From the sequence record PV808483.1: a stretch of DNA of 57,756 nt; one strand, 5' to 3'. The position numbers and the translations under genes are program-made. Below are positions 38,145-47,888 of the stretch, piece by piece. The DNA comes from a phage. The notes below the pieces were generated by a model, which searched no databases, was not told the origin of the DNA, and saw only the letters and a list, made by a program, of their open reading frames with translations. How positions within the stretch are numbered: position 1 is the first letter of the stretch; each line of letters starts with the position of its first letter.

Positions 38145-38646
38145 AACAATAACTCCTGTACGCTTGTCGTTTTATTTTCTGATAGTCGGAAACTTTTACA
38201 GATCTCGTTTTACATTCACCGATACGATATGGGTCGAAAACAAACATCACCTGTGAACGGTCATTTCCTCCTGCTGGTAACCTGGTGTCAGGATCTACAA
38301 ACGCTATACGACCTTTAAACACCCATAGTTCCGAACAATGTGTCAGTGCTTTGTGAAACCAGTCTGCAGACGTCATAGCGTTCACGAGTAATAACGAACC
38401 AGTTCCTTGATGAACAGTGGTTATTATTTTATTAACCCATGGAGACGGATCGCTGTATGGTGGATTACACCAGACGAACCCACCACCATTACTTTGAACA
38501 ATCGAATTCCAGTCTTTATTCAGACTATCAGTGATAAACAACGAACATTTAGCGTTAGAACCATCGGTACACACATCAAGAACAAGTGGGAATTCACGAG
38601 AAACGTTATCAATAAAATCCCACGGTGTTTCCCAGTTGTCTTTAGC
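38110..38646 (-). CDS. dam: DNA N6-adenine methyltransferase (phage Dam family)
   Basis: WETPWDFI N-terminus and VWCNPPYS catalytic motif; ORF 38110..38766 trimmed to the ATG at 38646. Confidence 0.75.
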   Translation of the reverse strand, partial: AKDNWETPWDFIDNVSREFPLVLDVCTDGSNAKCSLFITDSLNKDWNSIVQSNGGGFVWCNPPYSDPSPWVNKIITTVHQGTGSLLLVNAMTSADWFHKALTHCSELWVFKGRIAFVDPDTRLPAGGNDRSQVMFVFDPYRIGECKTRSVKVSDYQKIKRQAYRSYCYVSNRSHGGPS

Positions 38647-38998
38647 CATGTTCCGGTACGCTCTCCACGCTGTAATAAACGGGGATACCCAGACGTTCAG
38701 CTTCTGCAATTTCCGCAATAGTCCCGGACGAACGACGATAATCAGGAAGCACCAGAACAGCGTCACAGCGGCGCATAATTTCTAACGTGCCTGACAGGTA
38801 GTATTCAGGTTGTATATTGCGTAAACCTCCGTCAAAGTCCCACAATTCGGTGTTCTTGTGAGGGATAACAGGGAACCACCCCGGACGTTGTAAAGCAAGT
38901 CGTTTACCTGCCTGTTCAGCGCGTGACACGTTACGGGATGTTTTAAGCGCACAGTCAGCACGATAAGGCCCGGCAATGTAACAGAGTTTAATCATGGT
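38642..38998 (-). CDS. nucleoside 2-deoxyribosyltransferase-like protein
   Basis: CYIAGPYRA N-terminal motif and C-terminal DAVLVLPDYRRSSGTIAEIAEAERLGIPVY; ORF 38642..39085 trimmed to the ATG at 38998. Confidence 0.55.
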   Translation of the reverse strand, partial: TMIKLCYIAGPYRADCALKTSRNVSRAEQAGKRLALQRPGWFPVIPHKNTELWDFDGGLRNIQPEYYLSGTLEIMRRCDAVLVLPDYRRSSGTIAEIAEAERLGIPVYYSVESVPEHG

Positions 38999-39219
38999 TG
39001 TTTTCCTGCATCTGTATAATGAGCTATGATTTCTTCCAAACAATTTATTGTGAAGAGAAATTTTAAACCAACCCGACATTCCCAAATATGTTCTCTCAGA
39101 TCTCTTGGGTCGGTGTACCCTCCGACAATAATAAAATTTTTAATCTCTTGTTTATATTTATCGGGAACGAAGTTGAAAAAGTCACGTTTAGTCTTAATTT
39201 CCCGACTGAATCTAGTCAT
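38992..39219 (-). CDS. hypothetical protein
   Basis: 75-aa ORF. Confidence 0.4.
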   Translation of the reverse strand: MTRFSREIKTKRDFFNFVPDKYKQEIKNFIIVGGYTDPRDLREHIWECRVGLKFLFTINCLEEIIAHYTDAGKQP

Positions 39220-39748
39220 GACGATTCATTCCCTCTAACATGTCCCAGATAAGCGCAACACGGCGCGGATCCGTGCTGATAGTGTGTAAAGTTTCACATC
39301 CGTAATGCCATCCCCAACGAACGGATAATTCTGACAGCAGATAACCACGGGAATTAGCCAGTTCAGCCAGTTCACCAGGTTTGAACGTTGTTGTGTTAGG
39401 TTCTGTAAGAACACGAGTACCACAGATAGCGTCACTGATGCGCCACGGTTTCATCAGGTCATCAACTTTGTACCAGTTGCTGATACTGATTTCAGACGTT
39501 CCCCATCGTGCAGCCAGTTTCAGACGTTCCTGACGGGCCGGGAACATTGGCATCTGTGGTAAACGCAGTTGGGTCTGTTCTGCAGGTTCGAACATGTCAT
39601 CGTCTGTTAAACGGAATTCACCACGGTCATCAATATAAAAACCACGGGAACGACCATCACGGGTGAATCCGTCAACACGGTTATAAATTTTACCGGGAGT
39701 AAAGACACCAATCGGTGAACCAGCTACGAATTTGTGTGAAGTATGCAT
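39212..39748 (-). CDS. hypothetical protein
   Basis: 178-aa ORF; no family recognised. Confidence 0.5.
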   Translation of the reverse strand: MHTSHKFVAGSPIGVFTPGKIYNRVDGFTRDGRSRGFYIDDRGEFRLTDDDMFEPAEQTQLRLPQMPMFPARQERLKLAARWGTSEISISNWYKVDDLMKPWRISDAICGTRVLTEPNTTTFKPGELAELANSRGYLLSELSVRWGWHYGCETLHTISTDPRRVALIWDMLEGMNRHD

Positions 39749-39787
39749 TGTTATCGCCTCAATAAGTTTTAAATAATTCTATACGGT

Positions 39788-41644
39788 TTACCGAAGTGGT
39801 GCAACGAGTTTTTCAGCTTCTTTGATGTAAAAATCATAATTGAGCGTTGCCCGGTTAAAACGTTTCATATCGTTGCACTCAGTGGTCAACCAACCTTTGC
39901 ATACTGACATACGGCGTTCAGGCGCATCAGGGTTCAGTTTCAGTGATTTTGCCAGTGGTGGCATGACTTTTGTCAACGGTGCACCATCTGTACTGACGTA
40001 ATAACGGGTAATGTTCTGAACCTGTTTATCACCCCATAATAACTTGCTGTTACGCGGTACTTTCGTCACCAACATAAAATCGTGAATGTCTTCGTGTGAT
40101 GTTATAAAATCACGAATGTCTTTATTGTGTACCAGTGCTGCTTCAGCCGCTTTTGCGACAACCTGCATACTGTGGTTTTGATGCCAACCCAGGTCAGTAG
40201 TATGACAATAAGCACCTTTACGTTTAACTTTCTTACCACCTTCGTAAACAGCGATGTAGTTATTTACGTCGCGAATAAACATCACGTCATAAATCGCTTC
40301 TTCAAGCTGGAGTCTGGTTAATTTTTCCCACGCGTGACGAACCTGTTCTACTTGTCCGGTAAACACTCGTGGTACGTAAACCGTAAGACCATCTGTGTTA
40401 GCCTGGATCATGGACAAACCAGGGATTTTCAGAAGTTCTTCAGCCAACATGCACAAAAGTAACTGTCCGTTAATCGTAATAGCCATTGTGTAAGCAGGAT
40501 CGTAGAACGGGCTGTATACGTTATTACTGTCACCATACACACCGTTTAACGCCAGTTTTAACATTGCGTTTTCTGGTGTACCTTTCGGGTAACTGGAACG
40601 CATGTCGTAAACATTTTTATAAATGGTGCAAAATTGTTTTCCGAGATGTGCCGGGAAAAGTTCATTACTGATCGCAAGGTTCGGGTAAAAACTGGCAACG
40701 TCCAGATCGATGATCACATAATTTTCAGTGGACCTGATAGTTTGAGATTCAATAGACCCGTGGATACCACCCGTACCAAAATCAAACGAGAACCCGTTAA
40801 TGTCTGCGCTTAAATCAGTAAACACACCTTTTGTTTCAGTGATTACCTGTTGGCGTAACCAGTTAAGAACACGATTAAATTCAGGCTGTTCAAAACGGAC
40901 ATAAGGGAAAATCACACTGTTTAATGCGATTGATGGTCTGTGCGTCTGCCGTGGTTTTCTGCTAGCCGGTTCGAAACATTGAATACCTGATTTTTCAAGT
41001 TCCATAATGAAATAGTCTTTACCGATTTTCGTGTCATTATGATTCATGAAATTACGACCGTATTTAGCAGAAAGTTCACGACGAAAATCTATCAGCTTTT
41101 TACTGTGTTTATAAAACATCAAAGTCGCTTTTAAATCGTGTATCAGATATTGACGAAGCGTATCAATTTGAGAATCGGTTAAATAAGTCCCTGGCGTAAA
41201 TGGGAGGTCTTCAATGTTTTCCATTCTCATATTGAATTCAAGTGTTTTCAGACTTGTTCGTTTTGCCTGATTGTCGAAATGATGAATTTTATACAAATCA
41301 AGCTGGGGAACTATCCAGTCTTTTTCCCACACCATATGAGCAAAACGATTTTCATCACCAGCGTTAATTATCGAATCGCCTTTTTTATAAATGTCTGCGT
41401 TGGTGATATACATGATGTTGTTCAAAATAGAATGCTGAACAGGATAGTCGTAACCCAGATTGTTATAACCAACTTCTTCAGCACGATGTTCACGCAAATA
41501 TTCTGTGAACAGGTAAAAAGCCTGACGATCATCGCGACGATGTGAAATCTCAAAAATATAAGGTGTTTCAGTTAACGCGTGAATAGCACCGAACAGAAAA
41601 ACATTAGGATAGTTTTCAATATCGTGAACGTAAGCATCTGACAT
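39788..41644 (-). CDS. DNA polymerase with family-B-like motifs
   Basis: DVASFYPN (motif A, DxxSLYPS-like), KLALNGVYG (motif B, Kx3NSxYG-like), NTDG (motif C); candidate exonuclease motifs DIEN and NNLGYD near the N-terminus. Confidence 0.6.
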   Translation of the reverse strand: MSDAYVHDIENYPNVFLFGAIHALTETPYIFEISHRRDDRQAFYLFTEYLREHRAEEVGYNNLGYDYPVQHSILNNIMYITNADIYKKGDSIINAGDENRFAHMVWEKDWIVPQLDLYKIHHFDNQAKRTSLKTLEFNMRMENIEDLPFTPGTYLTDSQIDTLRQYLIHDLKATLMFYKHSKKLIDFRRELSAKYGRNFMNHNDTKIGKDYFIMELEKSGIQCFEPASRKPRQTHRPSIALNSVIFPYVRFEQPEFNRVLNWLRQQVITETKGVFTDLSADINGFSFDFGTGGIHGSIESQTIRSTENYVIIDLDVASFYPNLAISNELFPAHLGKQFCTIYKNVYDMRSSYPKGTPENAMLKLALNGVYGDSNNVYSPFYDPAYTMAITINGQLLLCMLAEELLKIPGLSMIQANTDGLTVYVPRVFTGQVEQVRHAWEKLTRLQLEEAIYDVMFIRDVNNYIAVYEGGKKVKRKGAYCHTTDLGWHQNHSMQVVAKAAEAALVHNKDIRDFITSHEDIHDFMLVTKVPRNSKLLWGDKQVQNITRYYVSTDGAPLTKVMPPLAKSLKLNPDAPERRMSVCKGWLTTECNDMKRFNRATLNYDFYIKEAEKLVAPLR

Positions 41645-41724
41645 AATAAAACCCTGATAAGTAAATGGGGCACTATGGCCCCATGTCTGTTTAAAGCGGT
41701 ATGTCGTCCCAGTTCCAGTAACTA

Positions 41725-42588
41725 TCAGTAACCGTTACCGTTGAGAAAATTCGGGGCCGGGGTGGTCATTACCATATAACCGTTAGCGATCAGTTGTTCA
41801 TCGTTCCAACCTTGCGCAATAAACTGTTCGTAAGTTGCACCACCTGCTTTTTCAGTCATTACCTTCACAGGTGCTGCCGCTGGTGTAGGCGCTGGTGTAG
41901 GCGCTGCTACAGGTGCTGCCGCTGGTGTAGGCGCTGCTACAGGTGCTGCCGCTGGTGTAGGCGCTGCTACAGGTGCTGCCGCTGGTGTTACGCCGATCGG
42001 ACGTGCACCTTCAGGCATTGCAGGAGCAGCACCGAACACAGAGGCAGGAGCCGGACCAGAAATGATTTCTTCACCTGCATAAAGCAGTTGCGCCATTTCC
42101 ATGTTGATGTACACACCAGCCTGATTACCTGTACGACCGTTTGCAACAGATGATCCGCTGATACGGTAGTAATAACCTTTTTTCGCCAGATTTTTATCAA
42201 TAACTGGCTGGTACGCTGCGTTATAAACCGGACACGCGTCAATAGCCACGTTGCGTGAGAAACCAATTACCCAGTGACCAGCATAACCAGTTTTACTCGC
42301 ATGTTTCGGATCGTCACCGTTAATAATTTTCCACGCAAAAGTAGGTTGTTGTGGTTCGCCGTTTACATAGTGTGAGTTAGCCGCTCGCATGATAGCCTGG
42401 AATACCGCACCCAGTTCACCTTGTTCTTCCCACCAGTTCGCCGCTGTTTTAGGAAACGCCAGACCAACCCACCAGTTGTGTTTTTCAGGTGCTAACGGTT
42501 TATTTTCGTGGTCATGAGTGTTGATATCGAAAAAAGAACCGCCAACCAGACGACCAACCGGAGTTACAAAAGATTCTTTCTGTACCAT
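41725..42588 (-). CDS. putative ssDNA-binding protein (DUF2815-like) with Pro/Ala-rich repeat linker
   Basis: Sits between polymerase and DUF2800-like nuclease; PAAAPVAAPT encoded by a 30-bp tandem repeat. Confidence 0.4.
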   Translation of the reverse strand: MVQKESFVTPVGRLVGGSFFDINTHDHENKPLAPEKHNWWVGLAFPKTAANWWEEQGELGAVFQAIMRAANSHYVNGEPQQPTFAWKIINGDDPKHASKTGYAGHWVIGFSRNVAIDACPVYNAAYQPVIDKNLAKKGYYYRISGSSVANGRTGNQAGVYINMEMAQLLYAGEEIISGPAPASVFGAAPAMPEGARPIGVTPAAAPVAAPTPAAAPVAAPTPAAAPVAAPTPAPTPAAAPVKVMTEKAGGATYEQFIAQGWNDEQLIANGYMVMTTPAPNFLNGNGY

Positions 42589-42603
42589 GTTATTAACCTT
42601 CTT

Positions 42604-43749
42604 TTAAAGTGGACGTGCGCCAGTCGGCATCGTCACGGGTTTGTTAAAAACAGATTCTGCCAGTGTGCTGTGACCTTTACGTGGGTCACTGTCAGGTACT
42701 AAAACTGGCTGACCTTCTGGTTTTGTCGTACACATGTCAACAAGTGCCGGAGGCAGTGATTTTTCCAGTGTTGACAACGGTTTTAATTTACGTTCGTACA
42801 ATGTTTCAGGGTTTACACCAAACATGGGTGCAGCACCGATCAGTTTTCCTTCGTCCGTAAGCTGACGTCGGGTTTGCTTTGTTGCGAGTTTAAAACCCGG
42901 TAAAGCCTTACCCATGCGAACAAAATGTAACCCCTGAGTATGTAACGCTGTTTTTGCTTCAGAAGAACGCGTATACAGTTCTTCAAGAAGTGCCAGACGA
43001 CGCGCTACTTCTTCTGGCGTAAGTGATGCTGGTGCATCAAGAACAGTAGCCAATTCTAAAACCCTCTCATACATCGCCGGACACATACCACGCGCCGGAC
43101 AGTAATGACAATGACTACCAACATTTAACGGTGCGTCTGGTTTATGTGCTTCGTTAAACCCGTGTTTAAATCGTTCAGCCCAGTCCATCAATGTCACCCG
43201 GTTAAACTCCCATCGTCTTACAGGTCCGAGTGGGTGATAAGCCCGTGGCTGAACAATTGTGAACACAACACGCTTAACAGTATCAATACAACGTTGGTCC
43301 AGTGCGTAATAGACCCCCTGTGAATTATCAACTGCTTCAACTGCGACATGACCGTATTTATAATCCCATACGTAAAGCGTATCAGTATTAAAGTCATACC
43401 AGCGATAATCACAGGTTCCGTACTGACCGGGTAACAACCAGTCAATGTGAATGCGAACTTCTGAAAACAGCGGATCGAGTTTCGCACCAACTGAAAGAAC
43501 ATCTGCTATAAAGTCATCCGCGTAAATGTGCATGTCTTCAGTAACCTGAACACCGTTAGGAGCAAGACACGGCATTAATGGCGGTTTACCTTTAATCTTC
43601 TGTTCTAACACCCAGTGACCGGCTGTACCTTCTTCAGCACTGGGTGACGATGGTTCTACATAATCAATCCGCTGTGACAGTTGAACGCTACCCGGACAAG
43701 CTAACCAACGTTTTGATCCACTGGCACTAAAGGTAGCGTGACTGGTCAT
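42604..43749 (-). CDS. PD-(D/E)xK nuclease, DUF2800/Cas4-like
   Basis: N-terminus SASGSKRWLACPGS, DYKYG motif, C-terminal Cys cluster CHYCPARGMC. Confidence 0.65.
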   Translation of the reverse strand: MTSHATFSASGSKRWLACPGSVQLSQRIDYVEPSSPSAEEGTAGHWVLEQKIKGKPPLMPCLAPNGVQVTEDMHIYADDFIADVLSVGAKLDPLFSEVRIHIDWLLPGQYGTCDYRWYDFNTDTLYVWDYKYGHVAVEAVDNSQGVYYALDQRCIDTVKRVVFTIVQPRAYHPLGPVRRWEFNRVTLMDWAERFKHGFNEAHKPDAPLNVGSHCHYCPARGMCPAMYERVLELATVLDAPASLTPEEVARRLALLEELYTRSSEAKTALHTQGLHFVRMGKALPGFKLATKQTRRQLTDEGKLIGAAPMFGVNPETLYERKLKPLSTLEKSLPPALVDMCTTKPEGQPVLVPDSDPRKGHSTLAESVFNKPVTMPTGARPL

Positions 43750-44501
43750 CAGAATGCCCCACCCATTTGTTTAACAGACTCAGCCTGACCGACAATATTT
43801 TCAGCATCAGCAGGGGCAGCGTTAATACGTTCAATCAGTTCGATGATAGATTTCAGTTTCACCGGGTCATCAATCTGCATTACATTCTGAGTTTCATACA
43901 GCCCCATGATTCGCTGACTTAATGGCGCGGCACGGTCACCCGTAATTTGTCCAAACATCTGCATCAGTGCTGACTGAAGAACCTGGGTGTTATAAACTTT
44001 AGCCGGATCCGTGGTTACAGGTTGCTCGACAGGCACGACTGGTGCTGCTGGTGCTGCTGGTACAACTGGAGCTACCGGAGCGGCAGGAACCGCTGGAGCA
44101 GGATCAACAGGTGCTACATAACCTGGTGCAAGTTCTGCAGGTCCGGTATAACGCCCTGCTTCAACTGCTTCAGCGATAAGTTCACGTTTAACACCGTCAA
44201 CAAACGCTTCATCCAGTTTTTTCTTTTGACGCCACAGACCATCACCTTTGTTCAGGGATTTACTGTCAGTGTGGATACGCGGATCGTGACGCAAACCCCA
44301 TTTGTCGAACTCTTCAGTGCTGGTTTCGTTATCGTCAACATCTTCAGTTGGTGCAGATACAACAGGCAGTGATTCAGCAACGACAGAAACGATTTCTTCT
44401 GTCGTGATCCGTGAGACACTTTTACCAGCAATAGCATTTGCCAGATTGTTGATCGCAGTTTCCAGACCCGGAGCAGTTACAAGTAATTTAACTTCGAACA
44501 T
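43749..44501 (-). CDS. hypothetical protein with Pro/Ala/Val-rich linker
   Basis: 250 aa; first gene downstream of the tandem promoters. Confidence 0.45.
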   Translation of the reverse strand: MFEVKLLVTAPGLETAINNLANAIAGKSVSRITTEEIVSVVAESLPVVSAPTEDVDDNETSTEEFDKWGLRHDPRIHTDSKSLNKGDGLWRQKKKLDEAFVDGVKRELIAEAVEAGRYTGPAELAPGYVAPVDPAPAVPAAPVAPVVPAAPAAPVVPVEQPVTTDPAKVYNTQVLQSALMQMFGQITGDRAAPLSQRIMGLYETQNVMQIDDPVKLKSIIELIERINAAPADAENIVGQAESVKQMGGAF

Positions 44502-44533
44502 TACGTTTTCCTCTTGTTGTTTGGTTGTCGCTA

Positions 44534-44576
44534 ACTTTAAAAGGTGTTGTGTAATCTGTCAAGAATTATTTTACAC
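44534..44576 (-). promoter_or_regulatory. sigma70-like promoter, UP element + TTGACA, 17-bp spacer, TAAAGT
   Basis: Copy of the conserved element. Confidence 0.5.
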
Positions 44577-44595
44577 TCGCCTTTCGTTGATGCAG

Positions 44596-44640
44596 ATGTT
44601 AGAGGAATAAGTTGCAATGCGTCAAGAACTATTTTAAACT
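44596..44640 (-). promoter_or_regulatory. sigma70-like promoter, UP element + TTGACG, 18-bp spacer, TAACAT; overlaps a candidate + strand promoter TTGCAA-N17-TAAACT (44612-44640) for the helicase gene
   Basis: Same face-to-face -35 arrangement (TTGCAATGCGTCAA) as at 14028-14057. Confidence 0.45.
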
Positions 44641-44676
44641 TTTTTCACGATTCGATATTAGCAGAAGGTAAGAAAA

Positions 44677-47355
44677 GTGAGTCAAGAACCACTTCGTTAT
44701 TATCAACTAGAAGCTATCAATAACGTGTGTCAGGCATGGTCAAGCGGTGCTGACGACGTGATTCTTGTGCTTCCCACTGGCTGTCATGCTAAAGACAGTG
44801 AAATTCTTATGTACAACGGTGATGTTATAAAAGTACAGGATGTTTTACCTGGTGATTTATTGATGGGTCGTGATTCATTACCACGAACCGTGTTAGCGTT
44901 AGCTCGTGGCAGAGAAGAAATGTTTGAAATCATCCCAGTCAAAGGGTCACCTTTCCGTGTAAATAAAAATCACATATTACATTTGATACATACTGAATCA
45001 AAAGAAGAAATAGACATTTCTGTAAGTGATTACTTACAGAAATCAAATTATTTCAAACATTGCCACAAGTTGCTTCGTACGGGGGTTGATTTCGAATATC
45101 GCGAACCACCGACTTTAGACCCGTGGTTTGCCGGGATTATGATCGGTGATGGTAGTTACAAATCAGGTACACCACGTCTGACAAATGCAGACTCAAGTAT
45201 TTTAGAAAAGGCTACTTTTTACGCAAACCTTTTTGGATGTGTCTGCAAAGATGTAAAAGGTAACAACTGTGTTACACGTTATTTCGGTTATCCCGGGTCA
45301 TCGCGTTCGGTTAGTAACCCGTTGAGCGATGCGATGAAATCTGATGGATTGTGGGGGAAAATCGCACATGAAAAATCAATACCTGATGTGTATAAAAAAG
45401 GAAGCAGAAACACACGTTTAAACGTTCTGGCAGGATTAATTGATAGCGACGGATATATTTCACATAAGGGCGTTGATTTTGTGTCCAAATCACAGCAGTT
45501 AGCCGCTGATTTAGTGTTCGTTGCAAGAAGCCTGGGGAAAGCCGCGTATTACAAAGCCTGTGTTAAATCATGTCAAACGGGTAATGCAAACATTTACTAC
45601 AGAGTGAGTATTAGTGGCGATTTAAGCGATGTACCATTCGTTAGAAAACATGGTGATTTAACGAGAAAGCAGAAGAAAAATCATTTAGTAACGGGCTTTT
45701 CTGTTCGGTCTGTTGGTGAAGATAATTTTTATGGTTTTATGGTTAACGGTGACAATCTTTATCTTACGTCAGACTTCATCATCCATCATAACAGTGGTAA
45801 AACACGTACTATGGCTGAACTACTAAAATCCGACGGTGTAAAAGTCATCCAGGCACACCGTAAAGAACTGGTTAGTCAAATCGCAATGGCTGTTGCTCGC
45901 CAGGGATTACCACACAGATTTATAGCGCAAAAAGATACTGTTAAGTTTGCAACTAATCAGCAGATGAAAACGCTTGGTTACAGTACCTATTCCCCCGGTG
46001 CTGACATCGTTATTACCAGTTCACAAACGTTAAGAACAAAACAGTACGAACGATGGTACAACGACGTGTCTCTTGTGTTTAGCGACGAAGCGCATCACCT
46101 GGTGCGTGGCACACAGTGGGGAGACTGCCGGGAAAAATTCCCTAACGCTAAAGGTCTGGGTGTTACAGCCACACCGATCCGTGCTGACGGTAAAGGCTTG
46201 GGTCGTCATGCGTCAGGTTACGCAGATCAGATGATCATCGGTCCATCAATGCGTGAGTTAATCAGTCAACAACATCTGGCTGATTATCGTCTGATTATGG
46301 CTGAAACAGACCTGGAATTAACCGCAGAAATGATTTCCCATACCACGGGTGATTACAAACCATCTGCGTTAAAAAAAGCGATGGAAGATTCAAACATTGT
46401 TGGTGATACCGTCAGTACGTGGAAAACATATGCAGATGGCTTACTCACTGTTGTTTTTACGTGTGATGTAGATTCTGCTGAAGCACTTGCAAAAGAATTT
46501 CGTGATGCTGGCATTCCTGCAGAGGCGATCAGCTCACGAAACAGCAATCAGGAACGAGCGGATATCCTGGAACGTTTTGAACGACGTAAGACGCTTGTAC
46601 TGTGTAACAACGATTTATTCGGTGAAGGATACGATTGCCCTGCGATGGAATGTGCTGTAATGGACCGTCCAACAGAATCTTACTCTTTGTTTGTACAACA
46701 AATGGGTCGTCCGTTGCGTTTCAAACCGGGTAAAAAAGCACTGATTATTGATAAAGTCGGTAATGTTCGTCGATTTCTGGCCCGTGGTTTTCCACTTCCA
46801 GATCAGCATTATAACTGGTCTTTAGATGACCGTGACCGTCGTTCATCTAACAGCAGTGGGAACAGTAACACAACATGCACAAACAAGGGTGATCCTGATA
46901 ACGGTATTCCACCGTGTCTGAAGCCTTATCCGTCTGGTCTGCCGTGCTGCCCATATTGTGGTCATGTTCCTGAAAAAGCCGAACGCTCAGGCCCGGATCG
47001 TGTAGAAGGTAATTTACGTGAACTGACACCTGAAGAACTGGAAGAATTACGCCGGGCAGTTGTGATAATCGACCGTGATCCTGTTGCGGTAAAAGAACAA
47101 ATGTTAAACGCGGGTGCACCCCCTGTTGCAGCTTACAGTGCAATGAAAAACATTCAGGCAATGAACGATGCACAGCGTAAATTACGTAGCATGATTACCA
47201 CATGGGCCGGTATTCAGCGTGATAAAGGTATACCCGTTGATGACGCTTACAAGATGTTTTACAGGGTGTTTGGTGTTGATGTACTTAGTGCTCAAGGGTT
47301 ACGTACTCGTGAAGCTAATGAACTCGCTGCAAGGGTTGCAAGTTCATTAATCTGA
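44677..47355 (+). CDS. SF2 (DEAH-type) helicase precursor interrupted by an intein
   Basis: Extein motifs YYQLEA, LPTG|SGKT (Walker A split by the intein), FSDEAHH; C-terminal Cys cluster CLKPYPSGLPCCPYCGH. Confidence 0.75.
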   Translation: MSQEPLRYYQLEAINNVCQAWSSGADDVILVLPTGCHAKDSEILMYNGDVIKVQDVLPGDLLMGRDSLPRTVLALARGREEMFEIIPVKGSPFRVNKNHILHLIHTESKEEIDISVSDYLQKSNYFKHCHKLLRTGVDFEYREPPTLDPWFAGIMIGDGSYKSGTPRLTNADSSILEKATFYANLFGCVCKDVKGNNCVTRYFGYPGSSRSVSNPLSDAMKSDGLWGKIAHEKSIPDVYKKGSRNTRLNVLAGLIDSDGYISHKGVDFVSKSQQLAADLVFVARSLGKAAYYKACVKSCQTGNANIYYRVSISGDLSDVPFVRKHGDLTRKQKKNHLVTGFSVRSVGEDNFYGFMVNGDNLYLTSDFIIHHNSGKTRTMAELLKSDGVKVIQAHRKELVSQIAMAVARQGLPHRFIAQKDTVKFATNQQMKTLGYSTYSPGADIVITSSQTLRTKQYERWYNDVSLVFSDEAHHLVRGTQWGDCREKFPNAKGLGVTATPIRADGKGLGRHASGYADQMIIGPSMRELISQQHLADYRLIMAETDLELTAEMISHTTGDYKPSALKKAMEDSNIVGDTVSTWKTYADGLLTVVFTCDVDSAEALAKEFRDAGIPAEAISSRNSNQERADILERFERRKTLVLCNNDLFGEGYDCPAMECAVMDRPTESYSLFVQQMGRPLRFKPGKKALIIDKVGNVRRFLARGFPLPDQHYNWSLDDRDRRSSNSSGNSNTTCTNKGDPDNGIPPCLKPYPSGLPCCPYCGHVPEKAERSGPDRVEGNLRELTPEELEELRRAVVIIDRDPVAVKEQMLNAGAPPVAAYSAMKNIQAMNDAQRKLRSMITTWAGIQRDKGIPVDDAYKMFYRVFGVDVLSAQGLRTREANELAARVASSLI
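44782..45792 (+). mobile_element. intein (337 aa) with LAGLIDADG homing endonuclease domain, inserted in the helicase P-loop
   Basis: Begins CHAKDSEIL right after LPTG, contains LAGLIDSDGYIS, ends IIHHN followed by extein SGKT. Confidence 0.8.
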
Positions 47356-47396
47356 TGGTAATCTGCATAGAAATATTTTAAACGTAAGGAACTGTA

Positions 47397-47888
47397 ATGA
47401 CAACGCTTGAACAATGGGCGATTCGTCACGGTGTTAGTCAGATGGCGTTGTACGAGTTATACGCTCTTTATCAGCCTGACGGAACACCACACGAAGATGG
47501 TGTAAGTGAAAGCGCCACCAGTAAAGAGTGTGAACTGATTGCTGCCCGTGCTGGTCAGCGTATCTGGCGTAATAACTCAGGTGCTCTGAAAAACGAAAAA
47601 GGAATGATGGTTCGTTATGGTCTTGGTAACACCAGTGCGAAAATCAACGCTGTTATGAAGTCAAGCGACTACATCGGCATTAAAACCAAAATCGTTACAC
47701 CGGATATGATCGGTTCGAAAGTGGGCGTCTTTATTGCTGCCGAAATGAAACGCCCTGACTGGCACATGATCCCCAGTGATAAACGTGCACAAGCACAGGC
47801 CACTTTCGGTGCGATTGTTGAAAACGCAGGTGGTGAATTTCGTTTCATCACTCACCCTTCACAATTTGAAAAATGGATTAAACAATGA
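47397..47888 (+). CDS. VRR-NUC domain nuclease
   Basis: RNNSGAL ... SDYIG ... EMK pattern. Confidence 0.65.
   Translation: MTTLEQWAIRHGVSQMALYELYALYQPDGTPHEDGVSESATSKECELIAARAGQRIWRNNSGALKNEKGMMVRYGLGNTSAKINAVMKSSDYIGIKTKIVTPDMIGSKVGVFIAAEMKRPDWHMIPSDKRAQAQATFGAIVENAGGEFRFITHPSQFEKWIKQ

Noticed and set aside
41794-42153. 119-aa forward-strand ORF rich in RCCRWCRR
   Set aside because: It is an alternative-frame reading of the 30-bp tandem repeat inside the DUF2815-like gene, hence a repeat artefact.
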